Of a DNA stretch of 64,000 nucleotides, positions 28,738 through 38,000 are shown one piece after another. Each line of letters begins with the position of its first letter. Position 1 is the stretch's first letter. Location: positions 716-64,715 of the forward strand of contig CAJTTM010000010.1 in the NCBI GenBank assembly GCA_910579135.1, written 5' to 3'. A program made the translations under genes and the position numbers. Source of the DNA: an uncultured Erysipelotrichales bacterium (GTDB lineage Bacteria > Bacillota_I > Bacilli_A > Erysipelotrichales > Coprobacillaceae). Below the pieces are notes generated by a model. The model was not told the DNA's origin. It did not search any database and was given only the letters and a program-made list of their open reading frames with translations.

Positions 28738-31700
28738 TTATTTATAATCAATTTTTTTGATTGTTATATAAGCTCCTATAGCACATAGTGCTAATATAGC
28801 ATATGGTACAATGATAAATGGATCATTTGTCTTTGCACTATTAACTTTCTTATTTTCTTTTTTATCAACTACTTGTTTGTTATCTAATTTTATTTTATCT
28901 CCTAATACATCTTTTTCTATTTCATCATCAGGTATTGCAATCGGTTCTTGAGGTGTTTCTTTATCATCTGGTTGAACAGGTGTTTGTGGTATATTAGGTT
29001 CAACTGGTTGATTTGGTTGTTCTATAACAACTTCCTTTAATCCTTTTATAGCATTTTGAAGTTCTAATACTGATGCTTCTACTTCATTTTGAGTTGCTGT
29101 TTCTTTATTCAATACAGCTTTAGCATCCTTTAATGCTTTACTAAATACTTCCCATGAATCAGCTGTATATTTTGATTCATCATATTCCTTGACTTCATCA
29201 TATAAAGTTTTTAATTGAGTCTTATCTGCTAATAATTGTAAACTATTCATTTTATCTTGAACTAAAGATTCCATTTCTGTTATCTTATCTTGTGAAGGAT
29301 AAGTTTGTAATAATTCTTTTGCTTGAGATAATACATCTTTTAAATCACTTATAGTTGATGATACATAATCTGCTTGATTAATCAATTTTTCTTTTGCTTC
29401 ATTAACCAAATCATTTAACTTAGAAAAATCTCTTACTTGTACATTAACTTCTACAACTTTACCACTTTCATGAACAACATTATATGTTTCATTATCATTA
29501 TTTAAAACTTCTTGCCCATTTTGCCATGACCATCCTTCTGGTAATGTGATTGTTGATAAAGTTTCGCCTTTTTTACCTCTTAATTCATATTCAGTTGGGA
29601 ATTTTCTTTCCTCTACAGTTAAAGTCATTGTACGTCTAGCAAATTTATAGTCTTTAGTACCATCTGGAACATGATTACTCTTATATTCTACATTGCTTGG
29701 AATCGCAGAATAATGAATATTATATGTACCAACTGGCAAATTAGCCAAACTATCTATATCATCTTTTCCATGACATAGCAAATCAACACTTGTACATCCT
29801 CCAACATTAGTAAACATTGGTTCGTTTTCTACTGAATAATCAACAAAATAACCCTTCGAAGTTGTAACTTCTTTAAGTAAATCAGGAGTATCTCCCTCTA
29901 TCATTGTTATATTTTTTAAACCATTAAGTTGAGGTGCAGACGCATAATATGCATCAGCAGCTGCTTGTTGTTCATTATTACGAGCATAATATACATAATC
30001 AATTAAAAATTCAGTTCCAGCTAAATTTGTACCTGCATCTCCAGGCCAATTTCCACCCATTGCTAAATTCATTTGAATATATTGTGGTCTATTCAATGCT
30101 TTTTGTGCAATTCTATTTTTAGCAATACTTGTATCACTATAATCTGCAGTACAAACAATTTGATCATCAACATACCATTCTACTTTATTTTCTGACCAAT
30201 TAATACCAAAAATATGATAATCGTTATAGAAATCTTCACTAATTGTATAACCTTGTCCAGCAAGTTTTCCATTATCCTCATTTAATCCATCATCTGTATG
30301 AATTGTCTGCCAAACAGTTCTATTACCTGCACCACTTTCAGTTCCAGTTAATTCCATAATATCAATTTCACCACAACGAGCCCAGCCATACCCTTGCTTA
30401 GAATCAATACGTCCATCTAAAACAAAATCAGCTCCTAATGTCCAAAATGCTGGAAACACACCTTTTCCTTTAGGTAATTTTGCTTTCATTTCAATTCTTC
30501 CATATAAAAATTCATATTTACCATGAGTTCTCACACTTCCAGAATCATAAATAACCTGTCTATTTCCTCTTGGATTTTTATATTGATCTTCTAACGCACG
30601 ATCTGTTGCTTTTAAAACTAATTTTCCATCTCTCATGAAAACATTTTCTTCACTATTTGTATAGTGTTGCTGTTCAACACCACGTATACTTCCAAGTTCA
30701 TAACCCCATTTAGAATTATCTAACTTTGTATCATTAAAATCATCAGCCCATATAATATTATAATTTTCATCTTTTGGTTCTTCAATATCCTTAGAGACCT
30801 CTTTTAATGAAACATTGTCAATATATACTTGTCCATCATAAACACCACCACTATTTGTATCGCTCCATTTAATAAACGCTACTCCAACAGAAGTTTGTGT
30901 TTTTGTAGTAAATTCATATTCAAAATCTACCCACTCTAATCCTGTACCTTCTATTTTCTTTTCAATAGCTCCTCCAGAATAATGACTTGATAAATCTGGA
31001 CTCTTAACAGCAAAAATCACTTCTCCTCCTGTTTGTACAGCCACTTTTGCTTTAAGCACATATGTTGTATTAGCCTTTAATTCTAATGTTTGATAAAGAG
31101 AAGCATTATTTGTTTGAGAAGGTAACATCCCATAATATTGACCTTCATATGCGATATATTGTCCATCCCACATGTTATTCGAAATTGTTGATGTTCCTAT
31201 CATTTTCCATGAATTATTTCCATTTTCAAAATTACCATTTGCTATCAACTCAGGCTTAGCCTCTTTAATACTAACATTATCTATGTATGCAGCATTTCTA
31301 TAAGCATTACTAGAAGTATTTTCTTCCCATTTTACTAATGATATAAGAATAGATGAATGACTTCCACTATTAAAAGTTGCTTCAACAGGTGTCCATTCAC
31401 TTCCACCATACTTCTCATCAAATAAAACAGTTCCAGAATTAGCTTGTAATTGAGCATTTGTTCCACCACGTACACATAAATTAACTTTTGCATCATCTGC
31501 ATTTGTTTTAATATAAGCTTTAATTGTATATTCTTTATTTGGTGTAACATTCACAATTTGTCCAATATAAGAATTCCCATTGTTACTTGGTAACATTCCT
31601 GAGTGAGTTCCATCTCCATAACTTACGCCACTTGCAATACTCTTATTTTTACCTTGATTCCAGGCAGAACCACCTTTTTCAAAATCTCCATCAGCTATTA

Positions 31701-31848
31701 ATTCATCTGACTTAGTTTGTCCCCTGTCAAGTTCAATTAAGTCATATTCTGTATCAACAGTATTTGCTGCTACAGGAAATACATTTCCCATCACCAAACT
31801 TGACATTAATAATAAAAATATCATTTTCATTTTTCTTTGTTTTCCCAT
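28738..31848 (-). CDS. surface-anchored GH16 endo-beta-glycanase with two N-terminal CBM4/9-like modules and a helical FIVAR-like stalk
   Basis: 1036 aa. Signal peptide; two repeats of the type DGDFE/NGNFE ... YIDNVS; GH16 beta-jelly-roll with catalytic EIDIME; C-terminal TM plus KKIDYK. Confidence 0.8.
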   Translation of the reverse strand: MGKQRKMKMIFLLLMSSLVMGNVFPVAANTVDTEYDLIELDRGQTKSDELIADGDFEKGGSAWNQGKNKSIASGVSYGDGTHSGMLPSNNGNSYIGQIVNVTPNKEYTIKAYIKTNADDAKVNLCVRGGTNAQLQANSGTVLFDEKYGGSEWTPVEATFNSGSHSSILISLVKWEENTSSNAYRNAAYIDNVSIKEAKPELIANGNFENGNNSWKMIGTSTISNNMWDGQYIAYEGQYYGMLPSQTNNASLYQTLELKANTTYVLKAKVAVQTGGEVIFAVKSPDLSSHYSGGAIEKKIEGTGLEWVDFEYEFTTKTQTSVGVAFIKWSDTNSGGVYDGQVYIDNVSLKEVSKDIEEPKDENYNIIWADDFNDTKLDNSKWGYELGSIRGVEQQHYTNSEENVFMRDGKLVLKATDRALEDQYKNPRGNRQVIYDSGSVRTHGKYEFLYGRIEMKAKLPKGKGVFPAFWTLGADFVLDGRIDSKQGYGWARCGEIDIMELTGTESGAGNRTVWQTIHTDDGLNEDNGKLAGQGYTISEDFYNDYHIFGINWSENKVEWYVDDQIVCTADYSDTSIAKNRIAQKALNRPQYIQMNLAMGGNWPGDAGTNLAGTEFLIDYVYYARNNEQQAAADAYYASAPQLNGLKNITMIEGDTPDLLKEVTTSKGYFVDYSVENEPMFTNVGGCTSVDLLCHGKDDIDSLANLPVGTYNIHYSAIPSNVEYKSNHVPDGTKDYKFARRTMTLTVEERKFPTEYELRGKKGETLSTITLPEGWSWQNGQEVLNNDNETYNVVHESGKVVEVNVQVRDFSKLNDLVNEAKEKLINQADYVSSTISDLKDVLSQAKELLQTYPSQDKITEMESLVQDKMNSLQLLADKTQLKTLYDEVKEYDESKYTADSWEVFSKALKDAKAVLNKETATQNEVEASVLELQNAIKGLKEVVIEQPNQPVEPNIPQTPVQPDDKETPQEPIAIPDDEIEKDVLGDKIKLDNKQVVDKKENKKVNSAKTNDPFIIVPYAILALCAIGAYITIKKIDYK
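30352..30369 (-). other. GH16 catalytic motif codons E-I-D-I-M-E
   Basis: Reverse complement reads GAA ATT GAT ATT ATG GAA, in frame with ATG 31848 (codons 494-499). Confidence 0.8.
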
Positions 31849-31898
31849 ACTATACTCCTTCTATTTTTCAACGTGTAAGTGCATACACATCTACATAT

Positions 31899-31926
31899 AT
31901 ATTAACATCTTTAAGTAAAATGTCAA
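31899..31926 (-). promoter_or_regulatory. sigma-A promoter of the GH16 gene
   Basis: TTGACA (31926..31921), 16-nt spacer, TAATAT (31904..31899). The -35 is the outer end of the palindrome arm. Confidence 0.65.
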
Positions 31927-32006
31927 TATATTTTACTAAAATATTATGGTTTTAGTAAAATATATTGACATTTTACTAAAATATTATGGTTTTAGTAAAA
32001 TATATT
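31910..32006. repeat. perfect 20-bp-arm palindrome plus a 40-bp tandem duplication: five phased TTTAGTAAAA/TTTTACTAAA half-sites
   Basis: 31921..31940 TGTCAATATATTTTACTAAA, spacer ATATTATGGT, 31951..31970 exact reverse complement. Unit 31931..31970 repeats at 31971..32006 (36/36 identical). Confidence 0.9.
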
Positions 32007-32034
32007 TCAGGCTTATAAAATATCAAATTCATAT

Positions 32035-32069
32035 AAAAAAGAGTCAATCCCTCATAATGAATCAACTCT
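32035..32069 (-). terminator. rho-independent terminator of the GH84 gene
   Basis: Minus strand AGAGTTGAT-N12-ATTGACTCT (two G-U pairs) followed by T6. Confidence 0.65.
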
Positions 32070-32082
32070 TCTATTAGATTAA

Positions 32083-35000
32083 TTATTTATAATCAAATTT
32101 CTTGATTGTTATATAAGCTCCTATAGCACATAATACTAATATAGTATATGGCATAATGATAAATGGATCATTTGTCTTGGCACCATCTGCCTTTTTATTG
32201 TTATCTTTTTGATCAACAACTTTTTCATTATCCACTTTTACCTTATCTCCTAATACATCTTTATCAATTTTATCGTTATCTCCAGGTTTTACTGAATCTT
32301 TTATAGCTGATTTTAATAATTCATCTATAACTTTTTGTAAATCTTTTGCATATTGATCAACTTCGCTTTGTTTAGTGAAATCCTTATTAAAATCTATACT
32401 ATTAATAACATCATTTAAATTTTTAACCTTACCTGCATCATATATTGATAAATCACTTGGAACTTTCTTTAATAATTCATTAACCTTTGTATAATTAGCT
32501 AATTTATATTTAAGCTCTTGAATTGCTTTAGAAATAGCCTTTGCATAACCATCTACTTTTTCCTGTTCATCAATCTCTTTATTATATACAACAGCTTGAA
32601 TTGCTTTGTTAAGATTTTGAACTGATTTTTCATCATAGATAGATAAATCATTTGGAACTTTTTCTAACACTTCTCTTATTCTTGTATAATCAGCCCCACC
32701 ATAAACAAGAATTTCATAAATAACAGGATCAACTGCCCTATCAAAAGTCAATTTCACTGCAAGAATAGATGATTGAATATCAAATAACTTCCATGCCCTA
32801 TCTAATGTACCAATATCTTTCCAATTTCCATTTAAATCTTGAACTCCCACCTTTGCATTAGTTATAGATTTTTGATCTTGTAAGATACCAATTTTTAATA
32901 CATCTTTACAAGTTGTCATTGGATAAATCAATTCTTGACCATCTTTTATTTCTAGAATATTTGAATGTGTTGTGATATTTTGATCATCAATAAAATGACT
33001 ATTGTTAATATTGATAGTGCTATTTTTATCAATATATTTTAAATCACTTGCATCAACGGTCTTATTAAATTCAATTTCATAAACCTGTAGCCAATTGCTA
33101 TTCTTTACAGTTGCGACAAATCTTATATATCTTGCAACAGTACCATTCAATGAAGATGTTGCTAAATATTTATCACCTTCAACAACATAATCAGAAACTG
33201 ACATTTTTTCACCAACATCAGACCAAGTTTTTCCATCTTGTGAAATTTGAACTTTCATTTCTTTAAATCCATCAACTTCTCCAACTTTTTTAGGATTAAC
33301 TGCAAACCATATTGAATAGTCATGTACAGAAATAGTTGAACCTAAATCGACTTGTATATAATTTCCTACCTTTGTTGCAGCTCCTGAATAGAATTTTGTA
33401 TCCATATTCCCATCCATAGCTTTATCAATTGCAAATTCAGATTTATATTCTTTCATATCTGTACTTAAAACAGAAGTATTGGCAGAAGTATCTAAAGTTT
33501 GATTATATTTGATTTCATAAACCTTTACAGGATTTTCACTTGATTCACCTGTTACAAAACGAATATATCTTACTAAGTTTCCATCTAATCCAAATGTAGC
33601 GATACTATGATTTCCACTAGTTGTATATTTATCACTTGATAAATAATCACTTGTATCTGTCCATGTTTTTCCATCTAATGATGTTTGAAGTTTCAAGTTC
33701 TTGAAAGCTTCATTTTTATCCAAATAAATACTTGCATCATATAATGGAACTAATGTACCAAAGTCTACACTTATATAATCACCATTTTGTGATACTCTAT
33801 TTGTAGTTAATGATGTATTCATATCATTATCCATGATTTTATCTGTTTTTGTATCAACAGGTATGTTTGTATCTACTTGAAGATGATTACCATAATCTAA
33901 ATAAGTTGCATCATAATCAATTTCATAAATCTTTGTCCATGTATCAGTTGTTCCTGAGGCAACAAAACGGAAATATCTTGCTGTTGCACCCTTTGCATCA
34001 AATACAATTTTCTTCATTGTATCATCTACATCAATATAGTCACTAACACTTTGAGCTTTTCCAACTTTTGTCCAAATCACACCATCTTTAGAAATTTCTA
34101 ATTCTGTAGAAACAAAACCATCAACTTTACCTTTACTGATACCATTGTATAATTCAACTTTATTTAAAGTTGCAAGATTTCCTAAATCAACAGTTATATA
34201 ATTATTATCTTTTGCATAACTATTTGACCAGAAACATGTTGTCATATCACCATCAACGGCGTTATTCAAAACATTTGTCTTATATGTTGATAAATCTGAT
34301 GTCACATTGACAAATAATGGTTGATATCCTTCAGTTATAGATAACTGTTTCATATCCAATTGTGCATTATCTTTTGTACTTACAATTCGTACATATGCGC
34401 CAGTCACAACTTCTTGATTTGTTATATGATTATCATCAACTGATCCAATATCATTCCATGACAAACCATTTAATGAATATTGTAATTTAAATGCATCATT
34501 TTGAGAAATATTGGCATCAATCTTATAAAGATTCATAGCTTTTGGTAAAGCAATAGTAATATAATCATCTTTATTCATTGTTGTTTTAATATTAGAAATT
34601 GAATATGTTGATCCATCTTTCTTTACTTTTTGAATATCTAGATTATCTACATTTGTTATCATTCTTTCATGAATTGTTGGATAATCAATATTTAAATTTA
34701 ATATTTCCCTTATACTATTTATACTCTTTTCTAATAAAGGAGTAATACGATAAGAACCAACAACAATATAAGATTGTCCTTTAATTGTATCAATAATATG
34801 AGAACCACTCTTAGATAATGTATTTTCTAATTCAGATATCTTATCAATTGTTTTTCCTATATCACCTTGTAATGCATATTCATAGCCTTCCATTGCAGCA
34901 ATTCCTGCTTTAGCCATATCTTCATAAGCATCTATATGTTTTTCAACTTCAGATAACAAATTCTGATTTTTAATTTTTCTTAATGCTTGAACATCATTCA

Positions 35001-38000
35001 ACATTTGTTTGAATTTTGCTTTCATATTAGCAATTTCAGTTTTAAAATTATCTCCATATTTTAAGGCATTTTCAAATCTATCAAGATCTTCTTTTAAATA
35101 TTGAGATTCTTCTAATTTAAATCCTGATTTTCTTTCTGGTAAATCAATATAACTAATATTATCTGCAAAACGTTCAAATTCTTCATTGGCTTCTGGAACT
35201 AACTCTTTAATTGAACGTTTCCAACTTGAAACACTATCAAACGCAGAAGTATTCCATGCATAGTCAGCACCACTAAAAACAGTCACTTTTGATGCATCTG
35301 CTTCTGACATAGGATTCAAGAAGAAACTATTAATATTATCAACATCATTATCTAAAATATCTAATGATCCCATCAATAATTTTCCATAACAATAATCTGT
35401 AACAGGATAATTCCACCAAACACCTAAATCTCTATCTACACCTGTTTTCTTTTTTGGTGTTTCAAAATAATCTTTAGTAATCGCAGACATTGTATGTTGC
35501 CCTGTCCACAATACAACTGTGTCAGGATGAATTGTTTTCATAAATGGAGTAAAATATTTTGCCCAATCTCCACCCCAGCTATTATTGTATCGTGATGTTA
35601 CAGTAATAAATGGTTTTACATCTCCATATTTTTCATTTAAATATTTATAAACATCATTAATAAGTTTAGCATGCTTTTCTCCATCAGCAATACTTAAATC
35701 TAAATCATCATAGAAAATACCAAACTGACGAACACCTAAGCTATAAACTTGTTCAAATTTCGCAATTAAAGTTTCATAATCTCCACTACCATTTGTAAAA
35801 TTATAATCTGCACCTGGATGAATTGTCCAACAGAAATCCATATTGTTTTCATGAGCAATTTTAACTAAATCAGAAATATGTTTAGCTTCTTGCGTTGGAT
35901 AGAGTTTTCTCCATTCATCTCTATGATAAATATCATCTTTTGGAGCATAAATATATGTTGTCATCTTATATTTTGATGTATCTTCAAATAAACTTGCTCT
36001 TTCTTCAAATGTCCAAGGGAATCCATAGAATCCTTCAACATATCCTCTAAACTCAACATCAGGATAATCTGAAATAGTAACTTCAGCTAAATGATTATCA
36101 GCTGTCTTTTGTTCAAAGATTTGTAATAATGACATAACTCCATAATATACACCATCTTCATCTGAACCAATGATTGTGATTTGACCACTCTTATGTTCAT
36201 CATTACTTAGATTCATGACATATCCTTGTTTCTTCTCTAAAGCCTTTTGACTATCTTTTACTGAATCACAAATAACACATTCTTTATCACAATCGTTTGC
36301 TAAAATAATTACTGGATTAGTTCCAACTTCATTAACAATCTGATATGTATATCCATTCTTCTCTAATAATTGTTGTACTTTTAGTAAAGTTGCTTGATCT
36401 TGTTCACCATGAACTAGAATATCAACTGTTTTTCCGTTAAGTAGCATACCATTATTAGAATCATAAGTAATATCTTGAACTGTTGGATAAATAGAAACTG
36501 TTGTCTTTGCAGTAATAATATCATTATCAATTGTTAATAATGCATTTCTTAATTCAATAATTGATAAACGAATATCATTATTAAAGCATTCTTTATCTGC
36601 TATCAATTTTTCTGCATTTGAAATCATCTTAGCATATTTTTGATAGTTTTGTCTTAACATTGTTCCTTCAACTGTACCAACTTCAATTTTATCAAGTTTT
36701 GCTTGAACTTCTTTTATTGCTTTTTCTAACTCTACATTTCGTTTTTCATATGCTTCAATTTCATAAATTGAATATCCATAATTTCCTGAAGGTTCTAAAA
36801 GTTCTAATTTAATATATCTTACAGATGTATCTATATCAGTAAATACTCTTTCTCCTTTATTTCCATCAGTAACCTCTTGAATCAAAGTATAATTTTGTCC
36901 ATCTTTTGAACCTAATACATTATATTTTTTAGCATATGAAGATTCAAATGTGACTATTACTCTATCAAGAGAATATTCTTTTTCTAAATCAACAACAACT
37001 GATTCAACTGGATTTTCTTTATATGCAGCACCATTGTATGCATTACCCCAACGTGAATCTAAATCACCATCTGTGATATGAGAATAATCAAATTTATTGT
37101 TTGTATTCTTATATGTTGAAGTTGTTGTTACTTTTTTATCAAGTGCTATATTTGTATAAATTCTTGAATCTGGATTTTTTTCATATACTTCTAATTCATA
37201 TAGTGCATATCCATATTTATACTTATCACTTTTTGGTGCATGGAAAGCTAATCGTACATACTGTGTTTTAACGTTTCCTAATCCATCATATTCTATTCTT
37301 TGTTTATCCTCATATGGTACATTATCTTTAATATCTTTAATATCAAAGAAAGTTTTTCCATCCAATGATCCTTGAATTGTAAAATCTTTAGCATAAGCTT
37401 TTTCCCATGAAATAGCTATCATATCTATTGGATACACTGCCCCTAAATTAACAGTTAAATTTTCTTCTAGATTACCATTACCATTGTTATAACCATTTGT
37501 ATCATTATATTTCACTTGCCATTTATTAGTATCTATCTTTCCATCAACAACATAATTTGCTCCATAACCAGTTTTTGCATAGGTTGAAGAAGCGCTTGTT
37601 TCTTTATTAAGGGCAAGATTTGGATATCTTGCTTCTAAATTATCAATTGCTTTTTGAATATCACTAACTGCTTGATCAATATCATCTTGTGTAGCAGTAG
37701 ATGATAATGACTTCGCTTTTTGTACCTTTTCTTTAACGATATTTAATGTAGCATCAGAATATTTTTCTTCATTGATTTCATCTACTTTTTTATAGATTTC
37801 ATCTAATGCTACTGTATCCTTTGCCTCATATACTTCTAATTCATAAATTGAATAACCATATTGGCTAGCAGGAGTATGCATAGCTAATCTTACATATCTT
37901 GTTTCTACTGCATCCAATTCATGAACTTCAGTTTCACCAGTACCTTTTGTAATATCTTTGATATCAAAGAAAGTTTCTCCATCAAGCGATCCTTGAAGAG

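Noticed and set aside
31931-32006. Possible CRISPR-like repeat
   Set aside because: There are only two directly abutting 40-bp units, with no spacers and no cas genes. It is treated as a palindromic operator or tandem repeat instead.
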